Shown here one piece after another: positions 35,933 through 47,129 of a DNA stretch of 64,000 nucleotides (position 1 is its first letter; the number at the start of each line of letters is the position of its first letter). This DNA is from Octopus bimaculoides (lineage: Eukaryota). Location: assembly GCF_001194135.2 (NCBI RefSeq), contig NC_068999.1:27930806-27994805 (forward strand). Direction: 5' to 3'. Under the pieces are notes generated by a model. That model made no database searches. It was not told where the DNA came from and worked only from the letters and a program-made list of their open reading frames with translations. Position numbers and translations under genes: made by a program.

Positions 35933-36361
35933 TCACACAAATGCCTTGTCTCGACGTTGCTGTTGCTGCTGCTTTTGTAGTTGCTGCTGCCGAATATTCT
36001 GTTGCTGGATCTGTGGTGGAGCTTGCATGTCTTGTTGCTGAGAAGGTAGTGGAGCCTGTAACTGAACACCAGGGGCATTATTGATTGAATGACTCTGAGT
36101 GGCAGTGAGTGAGCCAACAGAAACAGAACCACTTTCTTCTCTAATTGGAGCCAAAGATGTCTGCTTGAAATAGTTGCTATTGGCTGCAACGTTAGTGGCT
36201 GCTGAATGAGTGATTTTAATGTTGGTGCCAACAGCTCCAGTCAGGTGACCTCCAGGTGCAACACTCACTTGTGTGTCTACACTTCGGTAATCCTCAGCAG
36301 GATAGTAGAGTTGTCTGTATTGTTGGTCCTCAGTACTTGCACTAAATGTTGAAGAGTATGC
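35933..36361 (-). CDS. Terminal coding exon, 142 aa, low-complexity S/T/Q-rich tail ending ...QQQQQRRDKAFV*
   Basis: Acceptor tatttgcag|GCA and a 429-nt open frame to TGA. GC content is higher than the flanks, and no TE motifs are present. Confidence 0.75.
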   Translation of the reverse strand, partial: AYSSTFSASTEDQQYRQLYYPAEDYRSVDTQVSVAPGGHLTGAVGTNIKITHSAATNVAANSNYFKQTSLAPIREESGSVSVGSLTATQSHSINNAPGVQLQAPLPSQQQDMQAPPQIQQQNIRQQQLQKQQQQQRRDKAFV

Positions 36362-36370
36362 CTGCAAATA

Positions 36371-36385
36371 GAGATAGATAGATAG

Positions 36386-36440
<55 letters not shown>
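36371..36440. repeat. Compound (GATA)(TA)(GA) microsatellite next to the acceptor
   Basis: Directly visible. Confidence 0.95.
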
Positions 36441-36441
<1 letters not shown>

Positions 36442-37578
36442 TATACATCAATATATCCTTTTCAAAGATCAATTTTTGGTAAAAGCTTCTATAGAAGTGA
36501 AGTATATTTGCCACTTAAGTGTGGCTAACCCTTAAGGGTGGATGTTACTGTAGCTTGTATAGAAGAACAATAAAATGTTAGATAAGACTTTAACAGCATT
36601 TGAAACAATAATGTTATTCATGAAATGTTGCAAAACATAAAATAAAATTGAAAACTGGAAACAGTTTTCAGTAAAATGAAACTCTACAAATATTGTATGG
36701 TTAAATAAAAGAAGGATGATTAAAGCAGGCCTCAAAGTTACCTGACAATCAATAATAATGAAAATGGATGCAATATACTCTGCTACAATTCATCTGACAT
36801 AACCGGACATTACATGGCAGAAAACATACCATGCTACCAACCTCCTTTTAACTTAAAAAAAAAATAGACAAAGAAATAAAATGACATTTATTCATCTCAT
36901 GCCTGGTATTTGCTGATTTACTTAAATTTAATAAGTTAGATAACCAATAATAGCTATATTTTAAAATGGTGGTTGCTTCATGATTGATGCTAGTTCTGAT
37001 AATAACTTTCAAGATTTTTTTCTCACTGAAAATATTGATTAAAATGTTAACAACTCTGAAATATAAAATACGGAATAAAATTTTATACTGTATTATGTTT
37101 AATAACAGGAATTAGATACATTACATAGCAAATACTACATTTAGTGTAATACAAATTGTAATATGGATTACCTTCTCAAGATAACTTTACAATAAGTACA
37201 TGCATGGAATGAATATTGCCAATAACCTAAAATTAACTTACATAATAAATATAAGATATTTAAAATAAAGCAAATTTTCTTCTTTATGCAGGTATTTTTT
37301 TACATGAATACATACTCATGTCTAAAGTAAACTTCTGGTTAGAGGAAGAGAGATGAGATGCTCATAACATTTGTACACTGGTGAGATTGATGAGGTTAAA
37401 ACCTTTCTGTAGGTAAAGAGCTGTAGTTCTGAGGTGAAATGATGCGAAAGAGTATTTAGTATGGGATTAGTAAACAATAGGGAAGAAAGAAAAGGAGGGA
37501 AGGTTAATTAGGGACACTTAGAATAGCCCGTAACTTCAAATTAGAAACAGGCTTCGTAGTAATGAGAGAAGAGTTAAA

Positions 37579-37639
37579 TTGAAGAACAGCATGCTAGTCA
37601 TAATTGATTACAATCATGACTAGCATGCTGTTTCTTCAA
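37579..37639. repeat. Near-perfect hairpin, ~28-bp arms with a 4-nt loop
   Basis: TTGAAGAACAGCATGCTAGTCATAATTG-atta-CAATCATGACTAGCATGCTGTTTCTTCAA. Confidence 0.9.
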
Positions 37640-38334
37640 TGTTGGTGAGTGAATCTTTGGCAAATCAGCGGAATAGACTGATTTAGGTGAGATCTAAACA
37701 GAATGTTTGTATGCAGCAGTAGCAGCATCTATCTTTACAAGTGTTTGACTTGTATTCTAACATAAGTTACACTTCAGTCTTGTGGAGACAATCAAATCTG
37801 AAATATTTAATGATTTTGAAGATAAAGCTTAGTCTTTTACAATGTAATGTTTTCACATAGTTATGCAAGGAACTGTAGAGACTTTGAGAGTTTTATTTGT
37901 GTATTGGTTATATCTTGGTGTTGATGAAGACTTTGTTAGCACATTCCCATTTACTATTACTTAAAATAGTAAAAGTAAAAGTAAATAGTAATAAAATTGT
38001 ATGAATTATTGAAATGCATGTACATTTAGTTTGTGTGACTGCTGTTAACCTTGAATTCATTACAAAATGGGATTTTTATCTTGCAAGATTAAATCAGACT
38101 AGATATTTTAAGAAATATTCACAAGAATAAAAAACTTATATATACTAAGTTGAGGTAGGCAAGAAAACACAGAAAATGTTGGAGAATTCTGACTATAAAA
38201 TCTGCAGGGAAAGATCATTAATATAAACTGAAATATTATAAAATAAGCAAGATCATCTTGAAAAACAACTTAGAAACAAAATAGAACTAAAAAAAAAAAA
38301 AGAAACATCAATTTATAACAATAATAATAATAAT

Positions 38335-38535
38335 CCTTTCAACTAAAAGCACAAGGCTTGAAATTTTGTGGGAGGTGACTAGTCTATTAAACTGATCCCA
38401 GTGTTTCACTGGTACTCGATTTATTGACCCTGAAAAATGAAAGGCAAAGTTGACCTTGGGAGAATTTGAATTCAGAACATAAAGATGGACAAAATACTGT
38501 TAAGCATTTTGCCCGGTGTGCTAATGATTCTGATA
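38335..38535 (-). mobile_element. CORE-like SINE, family C
   Basis: Same family as 1807-2034, with a (TAA)n tail on its left. Confidence 0.8.
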
Positions 38536-39088
38536 GAATATCATCCAGTTTTAAAAGTACATATTTTTTTACAAACCTTTTCATTAGAATCATGAAACGA
38601 AATGTCTTCCATTTTCTTTCTTTTATATCCCAATCTACCCAAGGTACAAAACTGAATATATCAGAAAAAAATAGAAGTTTGCTTGTAGATTTTAAACTGT
38701 GTAAATGCATATGTGGAGGGGATAGGGAAGAGAATTAAGATTAAGCAATGTTAGTGGTTATTCCTTTCTCTTCCACATATTATTCAAGTATACAAAACGT
38801 ATACTTGAATAATATTATCACTAAGATAATATTGATGTATTTAGAACTATGTTTAGTTCTGGGCTAGTCTTCAAAACTTAATTTCACTGCAGAAGTTTTT
38901 CTACATTTTAAAACCATCCCCAGATATAAGATATTAGATAAAAATAAGGATTGTTTCATTACTAAGGTCTGTCCCATTCCTTGCCTGGATTCACATTTTA
39001 TAGAAAAGAAAATAAAGGAACAACTATCCCTTAGCAGCTGAATCAAGTTTTAAGAAACAAGGACACAGCTACACAATAGAGAGAGGGG

Positions 39089-39132
<44 letters not shown>

Positions 39133-41763
39133 TTGATAATATATCTAATTATGAAATATTGATAAAACATGTAATTAGTTTTAAAAGATAAAGTTATCTT
39201 GTTTCTTAATCTCTAAGAGTGGTCATGATTGGAATTGAGCAGGATTAAAATTTAAACATTAGGGAAAATACAAAGCATCAACTCATGTAGTCAATGAAGA
39301 GATAATAAGTGTAGAAGCCAATGTATAAGACTTAAGATGGCACAGTAAATGGCAAAAAGCAAACAAGTCAACACTGGATGGTTCACTGGTAGAAGCTGAT
39401 ACTGTATAAGAGTAAACTATTTTTAGTGTATCTAACAAGGGATGGCATAGTGTTTATGCATAAAGTGCAATGAATGGAGTGCATTTAGGGTTTTAATGTA
39501 TTTAAAGAACATTCTATTCACATATGTTTCAAACTCATTCATTTTGATATAAGTTGTAAGTTTTCATCAACCTAACACTATTTTGTATTTTTCCTATACC
39601 AAATTACAACATCTTCTCATACAGAATCCATTTTCATTACATCTGCATAAAAAATTATCATCTCTGTTGCACACAATGGTTAATACTTGTAAATCAGCTG
39701 CTCACACTTGCTTTAAACTTCAAAATAAACATCAAATGGAACATGCTTACTTGGTTTGTTGCAGCAGTACATTCTTGACAGTCTGTTTATGGTCAACAGA
39801 GAGAATAGTTTTAAAACCTTCCTTCATCATCTTACTTGCTCAGGGAAGTGTGAATAACTCAAGAAGAAAGTCAATTTAAATTAAATCAGTGTTTAGTTAA
39901 TCAAGAGTTCCACTGACATTTGCTGTCAGTATCTAGTAATGAAGGTTCAACCATTCCCCTTGTCGTTTTAAAACATCATTGTGTACATAAAATTATTACA
40001 TTATTGCCTTCTAAAAATACAACGTTACATAATACAATGTCTCAAAATTTGATGTTTTATAATCATGCAATACCAAATATTGAAGTCTAACTAGCTTCCA
40101 ATAGGTTTTTTAATACAAGTATAATGACACAGCATAAAGTACATAAATAGGGCATTAGTTTGTAGTGTTAGACTTGGTTGCTGTGTAGGTGATTTATCAA
40201 AGTCAAAGAAGGCAAGGTGATTTTTCAGGAATATGCTTTCAAGTGGAACTTATCATTATACCTAAATCCAGTTTAATTCAGGGATATCTGTTGATGGAAC
40301 CAAGTTTCTATTTTCTACAATATCCTCTTGGCCACAGGGAAAATGTGGGTATATAAAGGATTTAATTCTAATAGTTCCTTATTACAGATGAACTTTCTCA
40401 AGAGGAACGTTCTGGGTAAGGAAAGCCAAGTTGGCATATTCATTCATTCCTGTTGCTGTTTCTCTACAAAGAGATGATAATGAGGTGCTGAGTTTGTGGA
40501 TGTACATAACAGGAATCACACCAAATGTAAGGTGTTAGATGGAATACATTCCAATGTGATAGTAGTTAAGATTTATGATTCTAGAGCATTTATGATTCAC
40601 AGCACTCCAAATAATACCAACATAACACTCACACTGCTCATTTCCAGTAGGTGGTATGGGGCTAATTGGCCAGTTATGACATTCCTATCATGCATAAAGG
40701 ACTTCAGATAAATTGAAAATTAAGAATAATATGGTTAGGCTAGAAATGACAGTTGGTGAAGAAGTCATGACAAGGAAAACTGAACAAAAAAATGAGAATA
40801 TTCATCAACAACAATCAGCAGATTCTTCTAACTCACTGGTAAAGGAAACAGACCCTTGAATCAGTACTTATGTAGTTAAAAGGATGCCTATATCTGATGA
40901 GCTGATATGGTTCTAGAGAATAGTATTGTGGATTTAAGTTTTCACTAATGTGACATCCAGAAACAATGTTTAATGTGGTCCACTGAACATGGAAGATTTT
41001 ATTCCCACCATGGTGACAGACAGATTGGTAAAGTTATAAGAAATTACTCAGTAAAGTAGCATCACAAAATCACAAGTGTTAGGAGATCCATGATGATGTA
41101 ATATTTTGTAACAGAAAGACATAAGTTCTAACCACCAGTATATTTTCTCATTTCTAACTTTTACATCAAACATATAAGCTCTGATCAATCACTAGCTTCC
41201 ATTGCGAAAGTCTCTTTTTCTATCATGCAATGATTTTTCTTAGGAGAATTTAGTGTACAAGAAAAGAATGCTACAGGTCTATCATTTTGGTTGTGTGTAT
41301 CCTCAATAGTGATCTCAGAGATGTCTGTTTATGGTAAATGGCATATTTGTCTACTTTAGCCTTGACAATCCCTGCAATAACTGATCTTAAGTCATTGATT
41401 GCCATTACAGCATCCATAGAGAATGGAAACTGAACATCAGTTAGACAGGAAAGAAAACAAATAGAAGTTATATGCAAACAAATCCTTCATACTGCATAAG
41501 GATAGTTTATTAGTAGGCATGAGCTTTTGAGGGGTCAAGATGCAATTCATTTTGAGTAATTTGGTAACCTAAAATGTGGATACAGTTGAAAATTTATATT
41601 TATCATTATTTAGTGACATATTAGATTTACAAACAATTTCTAATAATGTAAGTAAAATTTTGATATGTTTTTTGGAAGTACAACATATGGTGATGTCATC
41701 TTCCAATTTAAATTAACTTTCACCTTGAGTTAGTTACTCTTCAATTTAATATATTAACATTGG

Positions 41764-41931
41764 GCGTAGGAGTGACTGTGTGGTAAGGAGCTTACTTACC
41801 AATCACATGGCTCCGGGTTCAGTCCCACTGCGTGGCACCTTGGACAAGTGTCTTCTACTATAGCCTCGGGCCAACCAAAGCCTTGTCAGTGGATTTGGTA
41901 GACGGAAACTAAAAGAAGCCCGTCGTATATA

Positions 41932-41970
<39 letters not shown>

Positions 41971-42185
41971 CTATGTGTATATGTTTGTGTGTCTGTGTTT
42001 GTCCTCCCACCATCGCTTGACAACCGGTGCTGGTGTGTTAACGTCCCCGTAACTTAGCGGTTCGGCAAAAGAGACCGATAGAATAAGTACCAGGCTTACA
42101 AAGAATAAGTCCTGAGGTCAATTTGCTCGACTAAAGGCGGTGCTCTAGCATGGCCACAGTCAAATGACTGAAACAAGTAACAGAG
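41764..42185 (+). mobile_element. tRNA-derived SINE, family B, with internal (TA)n
   Basis: Head GGCGTAGGAGTGACTGTGTGGTAAG...GGTTCAGTCCC. Same family as 59670-60021 and 62255-62440. Confidence 0.88.
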
Positions 42186-42592
42186 TAAAAGAGTATTGGG
42201 AGGTATGTATAGCTCTGTAGATGACATCACCATATATTGTACAACCTAAAATCATATCAATATTTACAAAAGCTCCACTGATTTCACTGACATCTACTGG
42301 GAAGACTGTGGAGAGTAGTTTACATGAGTATTTATAGCAGTAGTAGCAGGTAACATCTTGTGATTTAATAACCATTCCTATTGTTATTACAATGCAATAT
42401 ATTATTACATTCAGTTACAGCAGTACATTCTTAACTGTCTATTTATGGTCAACAGAGAACATAGTTTCTAACTTGCAACTGAAGTAAAGCCAACTGACTG
42501 TATCAAAACTAGCCATCAACTTTTTCCTGTGCTAGAAAACATTCTTTTAAAATTGAGTCTATGAAAGCAATAGAAGCAAGAAACAAAATTAC

Positions 42593-42709
42593 AAAATACA
42601 TTGTAGTATTAAATTATATTTTATCATTTCCCAAGTATAGTGAGAGAATTAGAAAATACATTGTAGTATCAAATTATATTCTATTATTTCCCAACTTTAG
42701 TGAGAGAAT
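42593..42709. repeat. ~60-bp tandem duplication
   Basis: AAAATACATTGTAGTAT.AAATTATATT.TAT.ATTTCCCAA...AGTGAGAGAAT occurs twice. Confidence 0.85.
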
Positions 42710-44859
42710 GTGACTTGTTTTTCATCCTTCTGGGGGTTGATAAACAAAATACAAGTTATTTATTGAAAGTAATTAAATTGACTATATTTCTTGTCTCCAA
42801 ATACTTAACCTTCTTCCAGTGTTAGAAATGGTTATTTAATTCAAGAGAAGGGGAAGTACTGTGCATGGCTTTTGCAGGTCCAAATGGTCTGGTAAGGTTG
42901 GTGTAGATGATATTCAGTTTCAACACCAGTAGGTTCATGACTTCAGGGAAAATGTAGGCAAGGGGAAAGTTTGAGAACTCAGTTCTGAAGAAGAATGGGT
43001 GAATGTAGTGTTTGATGTGGGCAGTGATGTATAAAACAAATTAATACAATATGCTGCTTTTCTTTTTCATCATTTCTCACAAAAAAAAAAAAGAAAGATG
43101 AAGAGGAAAATCAGCATGTTGAGTGTTAATTTGAGTAGATTTGAAAAGCAGCCAGGAGAAATACATCCTTATAACAGTTGCTGTAAAATATCGCAAAGTT
43201 GATTTTTTCTGATCAACTGGACCTTTTTATAGATGCAATATAAAAAAGTCTGTGTGTAACAGATGCATTGTTCCACTTTTTTTTTAGCAATATTCTAGAG
43301 TGCATTACACTTGTGCTTCTGTGCTAAGCCAGTAACTGATCAATGTTGAAGAGTTTCTAGAACTGGAGAGAAAGCTTCGCCTTTGGAATTTAGATTTTGA
43401 ATGTTGTAATGTGATGTCACCATAAGAGACTACAGGAAATTATAAGGCCTAGCATTTGTTGAGTGTTTTTCATGTGTAGGAGGGTGTAGCAGAATCATTT
43501 TTTTATGCATGTAGTGACTGGTCTCGATATTTTTGTTCATGGAAGTGATGCAAGTTCAGTATGTGTCCAGAGTGCATATGGGGACATGTGTCTGGATGAT
43601 TATCAAAGTGCAGATACTACTACCATTTAATAATCACATCTTCATAGGTGTGTGTGTATGTGTGTGCATGTGTGTGTTTGCACACATGGTTAGATGCAGC
43701 AGTGAAAAGGCTGTTAATGTACTGACAAGGGAAGACAGCTGTAGGTTATCATACTGATAACTCAAATACTTGTGTTTCTACAGTCATAGAGACTTGAAGG
43801 TTTCACTTAGCAATCTTGAATTTCTACTATTATAGAGAACTTAAAAAGGCTAACTCAACATTCTTAAAAACGTCTCTAGCTTTAATGATGCAACAACAAA
43901 TAATCATATGAAAGACTGTGGAAGTATCCTCTGCAAGACTAAATTAATTGACTAAAATCCAATGACATTTCCTGAAATTTACTATTTCCAAAAAGATGTA
44001 AGGAGTAATGAGACATACTACCAAAAACAGAACACAGAAAAGATCACAGAGAAGCATGCCAGTGTGTACAGAATTATGGTATTGTGTTTGAGGAAATATA
44101 AACAAATGCAAAGGGTTCTGGAATCTACAATATTTTGAATAAGGAATTGTTAGATAGGTAGATGAAGATAATTCTAATGACCAGAATTTAGTTTAGTAAG
44201 AATTATCTCTTTTAAAATTAGGATCATAACAAAGATAATGCCAAACCAAACAGAAAGGTGTGTTCTTCCAATATTAGTGTATGTATCAACTCTATTAAAA
44301 ACTAAGAAGACCATACAAAGATAGGGAAATTTAAAAGACAAACATCAAAAAGTAAACTTCTGAAAATAAGGCCATATTTGAGATTATGTCTGATATTTAC
44401 CTTCAGGCAGTTGAAAGAAAATTAATTTCCTGATTTTTTTTTTTTTGTTTTTACTTTCATTTCAATTGGTATTGGTTTGAATGGCAATTCTAAAATAAAA
44501 CAATAAAGTTGAAACTACGACAAGAAATGTCGTAATTCTTGACTGTGGAAACCCTGCAACCAATAGAGATAGTTATGTTACTGTCTTAAGTATTCTATGA
44601 TACAAGAATAGAGATATTTGCATTACTGTCTTAATAATTCTGTGATTTAGTAAGGAATGTAGTGATTTGGAAGACCAATGGGAATAAATTACACAATCCA
44701 CAAGTAAAGATTTATCCTATAAATAAATTATTTTTAATAAATTATATTTCTTGGTATGAAGATGATACTTTTAAAGTACTCACTCTTGGAATTACTATGT
44801 AGTAATTACAAAAAACTTTAGTCAACAACCACTTTTAAATTAATAATTCTTTCTACAAT

Positions 44860-45552
44860 AGGCACAAGGCTTGAAATTTTTGTGGGAGGGTGGGTAAGTT
44901 GATGACATCAACCCCAGTGCTCAACTGTTACTTATTTCATCAACCTTGAAAGGATGAAAGACAAAGTTGACCCTGGCAGAATTTGAATTCAGAATGTAAG
45001 TATAGATGAAAAGCTCCTAAGCATTTTGTAGGAGTGATGATGATTCAGTCAGCTTACTGCCTTAATGATGATGATGATGATGATGTTAACATGGACATGT
45101 TTTGTCTTGATGTGAAAGATAGGCTATAGCAAATATTGTCAGTTGCTTGGTCATAACCAGTAGAGCATGTCCCTTAGTGGCTGATGATGTGTGCATCTCT
45201 GATCATGAGCAGGAATAGCAGGGGATATCAGTCATGTGCTAAGAAGGATTCTATGAAGGGTTTGAATTATTCACTCCTGGAAACATAGGTGTTTCATTCA
45301 TCATCATTAAACTACCCTAATTCAGGGACTCTTTGAGTGGGATGGGCTACTTGATCTGAAGAAAATTCTAACTAGGCCCCACCTGCAAGGGCATGTGCTA
45401 TTTACCTTGATATGAGGTCATCATGTTGTGCACATATGATTGTGATGCATGCACCTGGTGTACCCTTATCAGACAAGTAGTCATGATGGATATATTGGCC
45501 TTCAAATATTTGTACTCCAACACCACTTTGACAGTATGTACTGCTCTCACTC

Positions 45553-45593
<41 letters not shown>

Positions 45594-46050
45594 TAATAAT
45601 AATAATCCCTTCTACAGAAGTTACAAGGCCTGAATTTTAGTGGTGGGAGGGACTAATCAATTACATCAATCCCAGTGTTTCACTGGTACTTAATTTACTG
45701 ACCCTGAAAGGGTGAAAGGCAAAGTCGACCATGGCAGAATTTGAACTCAGAATGTAGTGATGGGCGAAATACCACTAAGCATTTTGTCCTGCGAACTAAT
45801 TATTCTGCCAGCTTGCCACCTTAATAACAATAATAATAATAATCTTACTGTTATAGGTGCAACACCTGAAATTTTGAGGGAGAGACTAGTCGATTACATC
45901 AACCCCACAATGTTTCACTGGCACTTGATTTATTGACACTGAAATGCAAAGTCGACCTCGGTGGAATTTGAACCCAAAACATAAAGACAGATGAAATTAC
46001 ACTAAGTATTTTGCCCAGCATGCTAACAATTCTGCCAGCTTGATGCCTTA
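44860..46050. mobile_element. Cluster of three family C SINEs (-; about 44860-45065, 45606-45825, 45845-46050) and one (AAT)n-tailed repeat (+; about 45085-45605)
   Basis: Repeated CORE-like segments separated by (TAA)n or (GAT)n tracts. Confidence 0.8.
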
Positions 46051-46112
46051 ATAATAATAATAATAATAATAAATAAATGTTTTCTTTATTAGCCACTGAA
46101 GGTTCACATTAA

Positions 46113-46972
46113 CCCTTTACGGTTGGCTGTGGCATACTGCCACAACATGCTTTCTTCAACAGAAGACAGGTCTAACTTATTGACAAACTGCTAAGTTGTG
46201 AAGAAGATGGGTGCATATAAGTCATATTTGTATTATGTTGGAACTTGTGGAACTCTCAGGAAAAACAGGAAAGATGTGCCAAAGTTTTCCAATTGAAGAA
46301 GCCAGGTGACATTGAGAGAAGAAAATGTGGAAACCTTCTTACATTATTTTGGCATGATAAGTATGATGTGACAATGATCACGACTTTCCACAAAGGAGAC
46401 GTAGTGAACAGTTCTAAAGTAAATTATAAAACCAAGGAAGTTATGAAGAAGCCTGACTATATTATTGACTATTACAACCAATATGCACCTAGTTAATAAA
46501 GCAGACATGCAGCTGGTGATGCTTGAGTATGCTAGGAAAAATGTAAAATGGTACAAAAATTCTTTTCACATTATGGATGTTGTCATGCTGAATTCTTATA
46601 ATAAGTGCCTTGTGAAAGCTGGCAACCATATGATGTCCAAAGATTTCCATAGAGAAATAATATGCCAGTTGCTTGCCAAATATAGCAAACTCAAATGGCA
46701 CTATTGACAGACTAATGACAGTGCCCTTTATGGAAAGACACTGTCTTGATCATATCCCAAGTAAAGGAACAAGTAAAAAAAAGCCCAAAAAGGTGCTCAT
46801 CCATGATAAAAAGAGAACAGAAAGCAAGCTATGTGACAACTTGTGTCCTGAATGCTAAATGGGTCTCTGCTTAGGTGTGTGCTTTATGAGTTCCATACAA
46901 GCAAGAATTATTGAATAAGTAGTAATTAAAATTTAATTTTAAAATCTTGCATTTTTTTCCTGCACAAAAGGG
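46113..46972 (+). mobile_element. Internally deleted piggyBac (PGBD4-like) transposon
   Basis: TTAA|CCCTTT left end. Peptides WHDKYDVTMITTFH, KPDYIIDYYN, VNKADMQL, KWYKNSF..LNSY and a C-terminal Cys-rich remnant. Right end AAAGGG|CTAA is weak. Confidence 0.85.
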
Positions 46973-47129
46973 CTAAAAACGTTGGGGATGGTACAAACAA
47001 TACAATGCAAATAAAATGGGATTAAAAAACATGTAAACAAAAGACTAACAATAAATAAAATTCCAGCAATTAAAACCCCCAAAAGAGGGAGACTTTCTAG
47101 GGATGCTTGTTGAAACCTCACAAAAACCA

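Noticed and set aside
38575-38655. Minus-strand candidate exon FCTLGRLGYKRKKMEDISFHDSNEK
   Set aside because: It is phase-compatible with the 36361 acceptor, but such candidates arise by chance in AT-rich DNA.
40560-40700. Minus-strand Cys-rich frame ECHNWPISPIPPTGNEQCECYVGIIWSAVNHKC
   Set aside because: The EGF-like look is superficial, with no good donor site and no neighbouring exons.
40388-41333. Plus-strand candidate exons 40388-40415 (MNFLKRNVL) and 41244-41333 (GEFSVQEKNATGLSFWLCVSSIVISEMSVY)
   Set aside because: They are in phase with the 18551 donor, but there is no convincing TM helix or homology, and they would enclose the antisense exon. RNA-seq is needed.
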